A DNA stretch of 63,166 nucleotides, the filler included, from Octopus bimaculoides (lineage: Eukaryota), in NCBI RefSeq assembly GCF_001194135.2. It is 4 parts of 3 records of this genome, joined end to end, with 100 filler letters (N's around TTAATTAATTAA, not from the genome) between each part and the next. Parts side by side here need not be neighbours in the genome. Positions count along the whole stretch, not along the records: positions 37,228 to 46,574 come from NC_069004.1; positions 46,675 to 63,166 come from NC_068984.1; 2 more parts are not named here. One strand, 5' to 3'. The position numbers and the translations under genes were made by a program. The notes under the pieces were generated by a model, which searched no databases, had not been told where the DNA came from, and saw only the letters and a list, made by a program, of their open reading frames with translations. This document shows, piece after piece, positions 45,190 to 59,247 of the stretch. Every line of letters begins with the position of its first letter. Position 1 is the stretch's first letter.

Positions 45190-46402
45190 AGACACACATA
45201 TACATACATACATACCTACATAGAGAGAAACTCGTGCATGTATCCGTGCACATCTGTAGACACGGAGCGTACAGGGAGCTGAACGTATCTGTGAAGATGC
45301 AGTGATAGAAGCAAATATAAATATGTATATATATATNNNNNNNNNNNNNNNNNNNNNNNNNNNNNNNNNNNNNNNNNNNNNNNNNNNNNNNNNNNNNNNN
45401 NNNNNNNNNNNNNNNNNNNNNNNNNNNNNNNNNNNNNNNNNNNNNNNNNNNNNNNNNNNNNNNNNNNNNNNNNNNNNNNNNNNNNNNNNNNNNNNNNNNN
45501 NNNNNNNNNNNNNNNNNNNNNNNNNNNNNNNNNNNNNNNNNNNNNNNNNNNNNNNNNNNNNNNNNNNNNNNNNNNNNNNNNNNNNNNNNNNNNNNNNNNN
45601 NNNNNNNNNNNNNNNNNNNNNNNNNNNNNNNNNNNNNNNNNNNNNNNNNNNNNNNNNNNNNNNNNNNNNNNNNNNNNNNNNNNNNNNNNNNNNNNNNNNN
45701 NNNNNNNNNNNNNNNNNNNNNNNNNNNNNNNNNNNNNNNNNNNNNNNNNNNNNNNNNNNNNNNNNNNNNNNNNNNNNNNNNNNNNNNNNNNNNNNNNNNN
45801 NNNNNNNNNNNNNNNNNNNNTATTAAGATGGCGACGTTAATTCTTTGTTCTTTTTTTTGTTTTCATTGTAATTTGCTCTGGTGTTTGTTGATTGTATTAG
45901 ATTTTTATTTCCCCCACCCCCACTGTCTTTATGTCTATTCACACACATGTTTATTTTCCACTGTGTGTGTGTGTGTCTTATTTCATGCAAGACTAACGCG
46001 TTGTTACATGTGTGTGTTTGTGCCATTTTGGAAACACGTATGAACGTGTGTGTGTGTGTGTGTGTGCACGCACGTTTGTGTAGATATGTGCTTAATATGT
46101 TTCTGTGAGACAGAGTGTGTGTGTGAATATGTGAGACAGAGTGTGCGTGTCAATGTGTGAGGTGATATACTTTTTCTTTATATCCCATATGCGTGTGTTA
46201 CTCAATAAACTGGACGGTTTATTGCTAATTTAATTTATGGCTTCTACAATATCTATCTCCAATGTTTGTCTGTACGACTGTCGGCCGGTTGGTCTGTATT
46301 TCGTACGTCTCTCTGTCTTATTGTGTGCACGTTTTTCTTTAGTCTCTCCTCGCCAACGATATTCACGTTTCCTACTATCTTGCCATCGATGTGTCTAACA
46401 AT

Positions 46403-46433
<31 letters not shown>

Positions 46434-46434
46434 A

Positions 46435-46574
46435 AGGCGAGGCATGGGTGTGTGGTAAGAAGCTTGCTTCCCAACCACATGGTTCTAGGTTCAGTCCCAC
46501 TGCGTGACGACTTGGGCAAGTGTTTTCTACTATAGCCTTGGCCCAACCAAAACCTTGTGAGTGGATTTGGTAGG
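46435..46574 (+). mobile_element. SINE family B 5' part
   Basis: GGCGAGGCATGGGTGTGTGGTAAGAAGCTTGCTTCCCAACCACATGGTTCTAGGTTCAGTCCC...TTGGGCAAGTG. Confidence 0.88.
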
Positions 46575-46674
46575 NNNNNNNNNNNNNNNNNNNNNNNNNN
46601 NNNNNNNNNNNNNNNNNNTTAATTAATTAANNNNNNNNNNNNNNNNNNNNNNNNNNNNNNNNNNNNNNNNNNNN
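46575..46674. other. Artificial scaffolding linker
   Basis: 44 N + TTAATTAATTAA + 44 N. Confidence 0.92.
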
Positions 46675-48231
46675 ATATATATATACGTGTGTATGTGTAT
46701 TTATGTATATATTCGAAATAAAAGAATATATATATATATAGATATACATATATAATTATATATGTATGTACGTGAATATATATATATATATATTTCTAAA
46801 GAGTGAGTGAGAGAGGGAGGAGAGATAGGGGAGAGAGATGTCTGAGAAAGAGAAGAGAGTAGATAGGTGTATGTAAGCACAGACAATACAGTCTTCGTTC
46901 TTCAAATCAAGTTATGTACTTATTAAGAGCTAAGAGTGCACAAGAACGCAACATGTTGTCGCGGAGGTAACTTTAAGTTTATCTGGAACTCTGCAGATGC
47001 AGAGGTGTCTCGTGAATCCACGCTGTATACTTTGATATCTATAATCATATTTCAGCTATAAATTTAGTTTTAGTCTGATATGTTTAATGTTCTCCTTCTA
47101 AAGCCTTAGGTTATTCTTAGATCAATATGTTATCCGAACATAAAAGTATTCACTTACGCTGTTATAATATATAGTAATATCATCACGCATAAACATAATC
47201 TTCCAACTATCTGAAGTGGCGTAACGGCAGTTATCTTTTCCTGTGCCAGGGGCCGGTAATTTTTCTTAGTAATATTAATTTATACCGGAAACAATATATA
47301 TAATGAATATAATAAAAGTTGACAATTTCTTTTATGTTATATTGAATTTGTAAACAAATAATACAAAATATATACGCATCTAATAAGCATTTTCTAATGT
47401 TTCTTTCTTTTCTGGAAACTCGCCGCATACCGGCAGCTGATGGTTCGCGGACCACCACCTTGAGTAGTACTGATATACTCCACAAAAATGAAACGTTCGC
47501 GTTTTAGGAGAATCTCATAAATCTACTTTCCTTTGCTGCCAGAATAGTTCGTGTTCTTAAAATGTAAATATATTTCTTACAAGACATCTNNNNNNNNNNN
47601 NNNNNNNNNNNNNNNNNNNNNNNNNNNNNNNNNNNNNNNNNNNNNNNNNNNNNNNNNNNNNNNNNNNNNNNNNNNNNNNNNNNNNNNNNNNNNNNNNNNN
47701 NNNNNNNNNNNNNNNNNNNNNNNNNNNNNNNNNNNNNNNNNNNNNNNNNNNNNNNNNNNNNNNNNNNNNNNNNNNNNNNNNNNNNNNNNNNNNNNNNNNN
47801 NNNNNNNNNNNNNNNNNNNNNNNNNNNNNNNNNNNNNNNNNNNNNNNNNNNNNNNNNNNNNNNNNNNNNNNNNNNNNNNNNNNNNNNNNNNNNNNNNNNN
47901 NNNNNNNNNNNNNNNNNNNNNNNNNNNNNNNNNNNNNNNNNNNNNNNNNNNNNNNNNNNNNNNNNNNNNNNNNNNNTAGACATAATTCTGTAGGTGTTCA
48001 GACCTGGCATCATTTGAAAAAAAATACCATATAATCTTTACCTTTGATTGTCGGATTAAAATTTTAAAAAGCACTCGGATACTTTCAAAAGTATTTCATG
48101 GCATCCAATAGTTAAAAATCTTCATGGACTCTAGCAAGATTTGAAACAGAATTGAGGTTGTTGAAAATAACACACCTCGGTTTATGTTACACGAAAAATA
48201 TTTTACAGTATCTAATAGCTCAGAGAGAGAG

Positions 48232-48588
48232 TGGCACTCTGTCGCTTTCGACGTCGAGGATTCCAGTCGATCCGATCAACGAAACAGCCTGCTCGTGAAA
48301 TTAACATGCAAGTGGCTGAGCACTCCACAGATACGTGAGATATCCAGCGTGACACAGTGTGACAAGGCTGGCCCTTTGAAATACACGTACTACTGAAACA
48401 GGAAGAAAGAGTGAGAGAAAGTTGTGGTGGAAGAGTACAGCTGGGTATGTCACCATCCCCTGCCGGAGCCTCGTGGAGCTTTAGGTGTTTTCGCTCAATA
48501 AACACTCACAACGACCGATCTGGGAATCGAAACCGCGAACCTATGACCGTATGCCCGCTGCCCTAACCACTGGGCCATTGCGCCTCCA
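48232..48588 (-). mobile_element. SINE family C
   Basis: Same consensus as 23966-24346. Confidence 0.9.
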
Positions 48589-49028
48589 CATCAAAAGCTA
48601 AATAGTAGAAAATATTATACTTAGGTATGTGTTTCACACAACAGTTGTTTTGTAAATAATAATAAATTCATTTGTTTTATTGTAAAGAAACCCTGACATT
48701 CATGTCTTCTCGGAAGGTGTTACTAATGATAATAATAGCAGATTCTTTCTGTATTTATTTCTCATCTTCCGAATTTTTGAACTTTATTATTTCACTCTTC
48801 CATTTTTCGCTTCTCAATCTCCTCTACTGCTATTACTCTGATCGTTATTCTTCTTTCTTTCCTTTTCATTGATAATTCTATCGTCAGTTTAGATCTTATC
48901 ATCTCATTCTTTCCATTCTTTGTCTACCTATATGGCACTGAAAATAATCTTCCTCGTCTATAACGCGTGTTGTTTCTATTTCCGTGTTATTGTTACTATT
49001 GTAACCGTTGATTTTTTTCTTCTTCTCG

Positions 49029-49061
<33 letters not shown>

Positions 49062-49420
49062 ATATATATAAACTTCTATTTTTCTACTCATCTTCTATCG
49101 TTGATATTACCATTTCCCGTAATTTTTCATCTCATTACTTTGTTTTCTTCTTTTGTTACCCCTCTTTCGCTCCCTGCTGCTTTATCATTTATTATAGTGT
49201 TGTTTTTTTCTCTAACGTCTGCCAGAATTACAATCAACACTAACATTAAATAAAAAAAAATAAAGAAAACAAAACAAAACGATACAAAGTCAATTTAATA
49301 GGAAAACATTTGTGACCATTATTTCCGCCATCTTTGTAATTCAGTCTGAAGAATTTGAATTAATGAATGACATTAAATCATGTAACAATAATAATAATAA
49401 TATTAATAATAATAACAATA

Positions 49421-50122
49421 ATTCGAAGGAAAAGACAGGATCAACACTTGGAGATGGCTAAGAAAAATGATCTGAAAGGATGCACTGAGGCATTGAAATG
49501 GAGCGCCCAGGAACAAGGTCTGAGAACTAATTATATCAAGTTGCAAATAGATAAGAATAACGAATCGCCCCTTTGTAGGATGTGTGGAAGCAGAAACGAA
49601 AAATCTCACGAGTGTAGCAAGCTGGCCTCAAAGCACTACAAAAGGATGCACGATAAAGTGCTTAAATTCGTCCATTGGAGTCTATAGTAAAGAACGAACA
49701 GAGCATGGAAATGGTACAGACATAAATCAGAAGTAGTTACCGAGACAAGGAATATAGATACTGTGGGATTTTCACAATCCAATGTGAGTACCTAATCGAG
49801 GCTCGGACACCAAGTAGATAAAAAAAATGAAACCAAGATCATAGATATTGCAATACCTGGAGTTCCACGCATAAGTAACAAAGAACTAGAAAAGATTGAA
49901 AAGTACAGATTACTCAAAGACGAAATTGTAAGAATGTGGACTATGAGGAGAGTGTCTATTATTCCAGTATTTGTAGTATCAAAGTATCAAAGCTTATCAT
50001 GTGTGGAAAGAGACCCTGTGTGACGTCTGACAGTAAGCTGCTGCACGTTCTCACAGAATATGCAAAACAAACAAGAACAAACCTGCTAAGGAGTAAAACG
50101 ATAATAATAATAATAATAATAA
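49421..50122 (+). mobile_element. Second R4/Dong-like copy, 5'-truncated, in (TAA)n
   Basis: NTWRWLRK..LKGCTEAL...AQEQGLRTNY, CRMCG, RMHDKV; the 3' UTR aligns with 4310-4424; (TAA)n on both sides. Confidence 0.9.
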
Positions 50123-50160
50123 ATGCGCCCTTTTAAAGCCTAGCCAGGCTNNNNNNNNNN

Positions 50161-50203
<43 letters not shown>

Positions 50204-50544
50204 CCCATAGACATATACATGCATACATCCACACACAATAATTATATACAGAAACACATGTGTTCGTCGGTTGATCAAATCAATATAAACGCCGGCTTAT
50301 TGGCTGGAGTATGCAAAGTTAGTATACTCACAAATAACGTTGAATTCTGCCGTTGGAAATGACTTTTAACATTCAACGTCTCGGTTCATCTGTCTACAGA
50401 TAGTTACTATGCGAAGGTATGGTTCACCATTTGAAGAGAAGAGAATCTTTCACAATGGATTAGTGGCTTGCGGTATCTGCAATCAATTCTTTCTATGAGC
50501 TGTTGAATTTTTTTCTTCAGAAGATTGCATACATAAATTTCAAA

Positions 50545-50705
<161 letters not shown>

Positions 50706-50904
50706 CAAATTTTAAAACAAACACAATTTTCTTATGGTTTCTTAAACATTCTCTCGAGCAACACTATGTACAAATTCAAATATATGGTACCCTAGGCATA
50801 ACACCTACATGAACTTCTAACTTGTTGTCTCTTGAGGTCTCTGGGTGAGACTTGGATCCAACTTGTACAAATGCAAAGCAAAAGTCAAACATAAAATAAT
50901 AATA

Positions 50905-51112
50905 AGGCTTTCTACTAAAGGCACATGGCCTGAAATTTGGGGGAGGGGATTAAGTCGATTACATCGACCCCAGTGCGTAACTGGTACTTATTTAATCGAC
51001 CCCGAAAGGATGAAAGGCAAAGTCGACTTCGGTGGAATTTGAACTCAGAACGAAGCGATGGGCGAAATACCGCTAAGCATTTCGCCCGGTGTGCTACCGT
51101 TTGTGCCAGCTC
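50905..51112 (-). mobile_element. SINE family A
   Basis: Full consensus with CpGs retained. Confidence 0.9.
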
Positions 51113-51262
51113 AACAACAACAACAACAACAACAATAATAATAATAATAATAATAATAATAATTAAAGAGAAAAATAAAAACAAGACCCTGAAATTGATA
51201 ACCAAGGTAAAGTATATCGAAGTTATTGAGAATAATGCAGAAATTAAAGAGATTATCTAGTG

Positions 51263-51477
51263 CAGTGGTTCCCAACCTGGGGTCTGCGGACCCCTGCTGG
51301 TCTGCAAAGGTTGTACTGGTGGTCCGTGAACTAAATTCAAAATTCCATATATATATATATATATATATAAAACGATAGGCATATTAACATATTAAAAGTG
51401 TCCTTGGGAAAACTCATTTAAATAAAAGAGTTGGGAACCAGTGCTGTGAAACACTGTGAAAAGTTTAGGAACCACTG
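51263..51477. mobile_element. hAT MITE with a duplicated right end
   Basis: Left TIR CAGTGGTTCCCAAC; inner right end GTTGGGAACCAGTG (51430-51443); outer right end GGAACCACTG (to 51477); TSD ATCTAGTG / GTTTAGTG (6/8) fits the outer end. Confidence 0.8.
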
Positions 51478-52187
51478 GTTTAGTGTCACCAAACGTACTT
51501 TATCCAACTTGTCCCTCAGATATTCTAGCCAGGTAAGAAACGATTTCCGGGCTGTTATTTCTTGCAGGTCTAGTAACTATGTAGAGTTTTATTGTCATGC
51601 TTTGCTGTTGTTTAAAAGTGAATGTACTTTAATGTTTTTTTTTTGTCACCACTACAACTAAAGAACTCCTCGAAACTTCTACGTATGTTGAGTCAACGTT
51701 GAACCCAGTAAATATAGTTGTTCCGGCTGCTAGATGTAGCAGAACATTTCTATCAAATAGCATTCTGTCATGTAATAGTATCGGATTAGGCTATAGTAAC
51801 TGCCATTTTTAAACGTGTTATTTAATTTCTTACATTAACAACTTAACAGCCTCTACCACAATAATCTTCAACAAAAATGGAAGCGGTCCACTATACCCTT
51901 TCTGTCGGAATCCACCTGCACAACACTTGTCACACTGTGTATTAAAACTAAAGATTCACAACATCGCAAATGTTTATTGAACCTCCAGTATACAATGCAG
52001 TGTTCCAGCATGGCCGCAGTCAAAAGACTGAAATATGTTATAGAATTAAAGAATACATAAATATTGAATTAAACTTTGTAAATGAAAATGAAATATGTCG
52101 AGAAGTTCATAAATGTTTTGATTGTGATTTTCATTCAACATAATTTGCTAAAGGTGGTATAGTGTTTCCTATTTACAACAGGGTTGT

Positions 52188-52555
52188 TGGCACTCCGTCG
52201 ATTACGACGTCGAGGGTTCCAGTTGATCCGATCAACGGAACAGCCTGCTCGTGAAATTAACGTGCAAGTGGCTGAGTACTCCACAGGCACGTGTACCCTC
52301 AACGTAGTTCTCGGGGATATTCAGCCCGACAAGGTTGACCCTTCGAATTACAGGCACAACACAAACAGGAAATAAGAGTGAGAGAAAGTTGTGGTGGAAG
52401 AGTACAGCAGGATTCGCCACCATGCTCTGCCGGAGCCTCGTGGAGCTTTAGGTGTTTTCGCTCAATAAACACTCACAATGCTCGGTCTAGGAATCGAAAC
52501 CGCGATCCTATGACCGCGAGTCCGCTGCCCTAACCACTGGGCCATTGCGCCTCCA
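52188..52555 (-). mobile_element. SINE family C
   Basis: Same consensus as 23966-24346. Confidence 0.9.
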
Positions 52556-55264
52556 CAATTGGAAACTAAACACAATAAGAATTAGTTGTAAAGTATAATA
52601 ATTTTTTACGATATTTAATGGAAGGTATGATTAATGCTGATTATTCTAATTAACCTAATACATTTGAACATAGTACTGTTGTTACACCAACTATTTTTCA
52701 TATGAATGAAAATTATTTCTATAGTCATTTTACTGAGTCTGAGAAAGTGAGTAGAAATATATATATATATATTTATTGAGACGCAAAAAAATACAGAATA
52801 TTTTATGCATCCAAACATTGCCACAATTCAATATTAGTAAACAGTTCTTCTTCTTCTTCTTCTTCTTCTTTTTCTTCTTCTTCTTCAGAATTATCATTTC
52901 TAGCAAACTGTATTTAGTACCACCAAAATAGCGCCTCTAACAAAAGATATTGTATGGATTATTTTGGTGTCCCGTCATTTTATTAATATCAGTTGTAACA
53001 TTCGTATTAACAATAACAGCAACAACACGTTCGACAATTAAATTGCACTTCTGTAGTCGTTTTATCTCGTGCTATTTATCAATCGATAACAAATATGATA
53101 TCCTACCAAGTATAACGTCTGAAAAATAATTTGATCTTTAACCCGAGAATATTGGTTCATACATTGTAACTCCAGGATTTATATGGCAGACGTAGATACC
53201 GTTTCAACAATTATACCACAGACAATGAACGTGTCTCTATGTGGTTGTTTGACCTACAAGGAAATAGCAGTTAACCGAATCTCATTGGAATCTTACATTA
53301 TTTTCAAAATAAGAAGAATACATTGACTAACGAAAGAAAGAATGGTGGACATGACTGGAAAACACTTGACCAATCAGAGGTGTGCTCAAACAGGACTGTT
53401 TAATAATAACAGGGAGTGAAAATCGATTATTTGTGGATCCTTCAAGGAAGTGGATTTGTGACTTCGGTTGTAACCAAGTGAATTTACTTGCATTGACTTG
53501 CTTATAATACATGGAATCAAAACTACTTATTTCCCCTGAAATAAGTAGTTTTTGACTCCATGTGTAATGGACGGCGAATTGGCTGAGCCGTTAGAGGATA
53601 AGAAAAAATTCCATACGATAATTTCTCTGGTTTTCTGCATTATGGGTTCAAATTCTACCGAGTTCAAATTGGTTTTTCATCCTTTCCCAAGCACTAAATT
53701 ATTATAAGTGCTGAGCGGTGGACTGGAAGAATTTTGTAGTCAGTCGCATGTCTCATGATGCTCGCAGTCCTTGAACTATAGTAATGATCCGTCATCCAGT
53801 TTGACACCACAACCTAGTTCTCTAGCGCCTTTAGCAGAGCCTAGAACCAGGCCTCCAATTTTAGAATTACTTTTTCCCTTATTTCTACCAGTCTTGGAGC
53901 CCCTTCGAAAAGAAACGTTCGTGGGCATTACCATTCATTTCATAACTTAACAGTGAAAAAAGGTCACAAAGTAATATTTTGTTTATTACCCACGACAATT
54001 GAACTTATGGTCTTTCTCTATAGAGAAACCCATCACTAGTTTCTCAGCTTATGGCTTTTACCCTCATTCAGTCAGTAATGTCATCGTGGTGCAAAACAGT
54101 GTCAAAGACGAGAAACGTATTCTATTTATACCTCAGTTATGATATCAACTAGAAATTGTGGATTGTAGGAACCCTAGTAGCTGATTTATGTTTTACTTAT
54201 TCGACCTTGTTATCATGAAAGATAAAGTTGACAGGAGCGGAATTTGAACTTAGAACATAACAACTAGACACACCAAATACCACGAAATACTTTGTGTAAC
54301 GGTCTAATGATTCTCCCAGCACATTTTTGTTTCATCTCTAATAATAATGTTTGTGATTTAAGTAAATGGTCAGCAAATGCGAAGCGAGACGGTTAGTGGA
54401 TACCATCGATCCCAGTACTTAACTGGTACTTAATTTTATGCTCTCCAAAATGGGGAAATCAAAACTGACGTGAGCGAAATTTGAACATAGTTCTATTCAT
54501 GTACATGGATAGAACGAAAATGTACATGGATAGAATATAGATAGAATATCTATGTACATGGATAGAACGAAAACTGTGTATATAGAAATCATTATCGAAT
54601 GTGTGACTCCCTTTTGAAAGACTGTAATTTCAAGGTTGTAATTTATTGAGGATGATCTGGCTGCTAAGTGTAGCTTGTTTGACAATGTAGAGGTTATGCG
54701 GGCATTTCCATTTCGTGAATCAGATAAAAAGTAAATTCTGGCTAAGATATCAGCCTATTATTGATAACATTTTCTGAAGATTCAGAACCTTTCAGATAAA
54801 GGGCATGTTTACAAGGGGATTCCCCAAGATAAAAGAGTTGGCAAAATTAGTGGAGCGACGAATAAATAGTATTTACCTTTTTCTATTTGCAACCATTTAA
54901 TTTCTGATTTCCAGAATTATACAGATTTAATTTGACATCAATATCCGGGATCGATAATATTAATACCAGTCAAATGCAAGAGATGATCTAATCAAATATT
55001 CCCTCCTCCAAAATAATAGTCTCTCTTGTAAGTAGGAAGTCAATATGATTTGATTTTTAAAGTGGATGATGCGGAAGAAATGTGTGTTAAGGAATATTTA
55101 CTGTCATGTGTATATACATATGATATCATGGAAAAACGAAATATGTCGTTGGGAGATACCAATAGGGGAAGAAAGAGGAAGGTATAAACTCTAGTAGTAT
55201 GTTAGGAAAAACAAAATACAGAAAAAAGCTTTTGTTTTCTTTCTTCTAACGTATATATATATAC

Positions 55265-55410
55265 GACGTGTTTCTTTCAATTTCCGTCTACCAAATTCAC
55301 TCACAAAGCATTGGTCAGTCTGGAGCTATAGAGGAAGACACGTGCCCTAGGTTCCAAGCGGTGGGACTGGAGCGAGAACCATGTGGCTGGAAAGCCAACT
55401 TCATGCCATA
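55265..55410 (-). mobile_element. SINE family B
   Basis: TTTCAATTTCCGTCTACCAAATTCACTCACAAAGCATTGGTC.... Confidence 0.75.
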
Positions 55411-57392
55411 TAACCACGTGAATTTGATGTTTAATACGACACATCGTAATATGAAGCGAGTAAATATGAACGACATTTCCATACATTGATATAATCAGTG
55501 TGAGACAAGTAAAACAATGACAGTGGGGTAACGAATGCAAGGACGGTGAGTTAGCTAATACATTCAATAGAGGCAAATTTGGTAGTGGATACCAGTGCTT
55601 TTGTAAATACACCAAAATGTGCAGCATTCGTCGAAATAAATTAATCTGCATCAGAATCGTGAAGTAGTGATCAGTAGGAGAGGACAGAAGAGTCCAATGT
55701 TAATTAAAATTGAAGAAAAAGGAATAACACAACAATGGTGGCGTAGGAGAAAGCTTGTTGTAATAGGTTCACAACCGCTTGATTAATTACTGAATTGGAA
55801 TAACATTCTAATTATTTTCTGAATAAATGAAGATAATTATTGTTAGAGAGAAAATCTTAACGTATATTTTGAGACAACCAATGTCATTCGGTTTGTGTAA
55901 TTTTTGTACTTTTATATAAACATTTACAAAGACTTTAAAATGCTTCCGAGGAAAAATATTAAAATGAAGTGATAGAAACCGAATAATTAGTTAGTTGTCG
56001 GCTTATATATACACCTTTCCATTCGTCGTTATATTAAGCTCCGGGAGATATTTAATTGTGTGGCATATTTCTCGACATTTCATGAATTATTATCTGTCGT
56101 TTAAACTTTCCTGTGATATAATTTTTTTCCACTGCACAAGTCTAAGGAAATAAAATTTAGAATGAAAAGATTTTCTAATTTAAATTTTGTTTTTAGTAGA
56201 AGCCTCTAGAACGATGTTTGAATAAAAATATCGATATTAAATAATTAATTGGCATTTTTCTCGGTGTCATGTCGCCAGCCAATATTTTCCTTGTTTGTTC
56301 GTTTGATTTCTCTTTTTACAATCTTTTTGTTTTTTTAGTTCCTGTAATGAGCCTCTGGCTGATGATGAACCACCTGAAATGTTATAAACGATAAAGTAAT
56401 GGAGTAGGCGCTTCAGATAACTCTCGATAGTAGATGAGTTTTCTTTTGAAACGCAAGAGAAGATAACGTGGAAGACGTAAACGATGTTGTTGTTTGTGAA
56501 GTAGAAATACTCATGAAAGCATCCTTACGGGAAATAAATAAATAAAAAATAAGAGAAAAGGGAAAACGGCATATTTCATAGCAATGCGTCAATGCTTAAT
56601 TCATGGAAACGTCATTAAAAAATATGGTTTAATATAAAAGTTAATTTTTACGATAATTCGAACATCAGGTGAAGCAAAAATAACAACAATAATAAAATTT
56701 GAAATCAATAACAAGAAAATGAAAAATAAAGCAAAACTGCGAAATCTATTGTGGATACTATTTTATTTATTTTCATCGAAATATTTAAGTTCGATTTTAC
56801 TATATTTATTGATAATTTTCAGAAATAGTCATCGTCGATTTTTAGAAGAATTGATTTTTGTGCAAATATTTATATTTCTGTGAAGAAGAAATTATATTAT
56901 CTTAAAATACAAGAAATTATATTATATATTTCATAAGCTTGAAACATAGGGGAAACTTTAATGGTTTAAATATAAATTCTCTTATGAGGATTCATTAATA
57001 CCGAAGCAAGATTTCTATATTTCGCAGAATTGCAAACGATCTCTCTAAAGTCAGATACATGGTGTTTATTAATATTTCAGATTAGTTTCTTAGAAATAGA
57101 TATTTAAAACAAATGCATGTGGTTAAAGTAATTAATATGCTTTAATTTTAACTAGTTAAATGTGTCGTGTAGCTTAGGGAAAAATAATTAGATTTTTGGG
57201 ATTTATGCCCTTCTTAAGGGAATTATCAGCTTCAATGACCTGGGACAGCTTCAGCTGAATGGTGGAACTAATAATCAATCTCAATTTGCTAGAATGTATC
57301 TCGTATTGAGATAAAAAGGTAAGTGGGTATCATCGGATTTAAGATCAGGATAGAAATAGGAACAGGCGGAACTAAATGCTTCAACACAATAA

Positions 57393-57539
57393 TTAGTTAT
57401 AGACTTGGATCATTTTAATGGTCAGTGCATTTCCAATAGAAATGCGAGACCATTTCCAATGAAAGAAATCATCCGGGTTATACTCCCCATGATGATGATG
57501 ATCATGATCATTTGCATAGGAACTGGTTCCAAGTAGCTC
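57393..57539 (-). CDS. Candidate His-rich exon, unidentified
   Basis: Acceptor GCTGCTGTTTCTAG| then ELLGTSSYANDHDHHHHGEYNPDDFFHWKWSRISIGNALTIKMIQVYN*. Confidence 0.22.
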   Translation of the reverse strand, partial: ELLGTSSYANDHDHHHHGEYNPDDFFHWKWSRISIGNALTIKMIQVYN

Positions 57540-59247
57540 CTAGAAACAGCAGCCAAATATTTTTCAAACAATATTACCACATTGAAAAGCGCAAGGACAT
57601 TGCATAATAGTAGAGCTAGACAAATTATAACTGAAGAATTATCAAAATATAAGCAAACAAACAACGTGATAGACTTGTGTGCGATGTCTAAGATCATAAG
57701 TTTGCTCCTCTTTGTGTGCTTATCTGCAGATAAACAATAACAGTAGCAAAAACCAGGAGCTTAAATAAGGGAGATAATTATAAGAATTCAAGTACAAACA
57801 AAGTGGTATTAACAAAGTCGCTGATATTTAATTCCACTCACAAGTCCTCATGAAAAGACTAACTTCTGAAAAAAAAAGGTCGGCTTCAAATAATTCTAAA
57901 AAATATTAAAATCAAATTGAAATCTTATGAGATATGTGAAGTTGCATCCGCGGAATATTCTGCTGCTTTTGTGTTTTTTAGTTTTTCAAATTTTAAGTTC
58001 TATGTTTTTTTTACCTCCAAATTACTTTATAATTTTAATTCCTGCAACCATTCAATGGTGTATCATTGTAAAAGTAAACACATTCGTATACGAAAAATGA
58101 TTTAATATCTGAAATCATATTATTCATATACTATTAAAGAATAGTATATTCATTGATATTAAAGTATTATTTAATAGTTTATATTTAAACTATCAAATAT
58201 GAAAGTATATAAACTTTCTATTAAAGTATATTCAATATGACACGTTTCTCATTTATATACAGACATTTTACAAAATGATGTTTCTGCTTTAAGCTTTGTT
58301 ACTTTACCAAGAAATATTGTTTGATTTATCCTCCTCCCCCACCAAAGATGCTTCACACGCATATTTCTACTTAGCAAACAGGAACTTTACAAACATGAAC
58401 TTTGTTTACATCCTTATACGTTGTCTTCACAGTATTTAAAAGAATATTCACATACTTACAAGATGTATTTGTAGCACCCACTCCAATATATAACTGTTTC
58501 CAGTCATACTTTATAATTTAGGATTACAATATTTAATATAGTTTTCAGTGTTCAAGACTGTGTGATTTAAATAGTGTGTTGCTGTCAAATAAAGTCAGTA
58601 GACCATCTTTCTTGAAATAACCTCTTTGGGCTCTACATTAATTAAATTGCTGAATAAAAGAGCCTCAGCAATTAGACTATGGGAGGAAAAGCAAGTAAGC
58701 TCATTAGTAATTATACAAAGATACAAACCATTAACCCTTTTACAACATCCAAATAAGTCTTAATAGTTGTACAGACATTGTTATACTCACATATCTAATT
58801 TAAGCGAATACAAGAGCATTGCATTTTTCCTTTTCTCTAAATCTACTCCTTGTATAACTGTATGGCGAATGTATATATCTGTATGGCGAATGTATATATC
58901 TGTATGGCGAATGTTGTCATTGATATTTCGGTGTGAGTAGAGCAGAATTTATCAACAGGTCAACAGTTTGTATTCTACCTACGACATTCATCTCTGCTTA
59001 GAAACTAATTGATAACCAACTAACGCCCAACAACACTCTTCAACCTCTGGGCCATAGATCAGTACATCAAGGGAAAATTAGGCTAAAACGGCTTCGTCTA
59101 TGTTATGCAGTCGCTTTAGCCTGTCATCTCCTTTGAGTATATCTCTCTCTCTCACTCTCTCTCTATATATATACATATATACAGGTACACACACACACAC
59201 ATATGTGTGCGTGCGCGTGTGCCACATACATATATGCAATATATAAC

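Noticed and set aside
47220-48170. Possible decayed hAT-type element (GGTCCGCGA / CCGGCCCCTGG subterminal-like motifs)
   Set aside because: No clear TIR pair or TSD, and the interior is split by a gap; insufficient support.
57684-57740. Signal-peptide-like MSKIISLLLFVCLSADKQ* on the + strand
   Set aside because: Stops after 18 codons and has GCAG|AT rather than a GT donor; likely a pyrimidine tract.
58858-58915. Short tandem repeats (21-bp x3 here; 30-bp x2 at 40780; about 20-bp units at 54500; duplicated GA-hairpin at 7945-8030)
   Set aside because: Ordinary local slippage duplications with no further signal.
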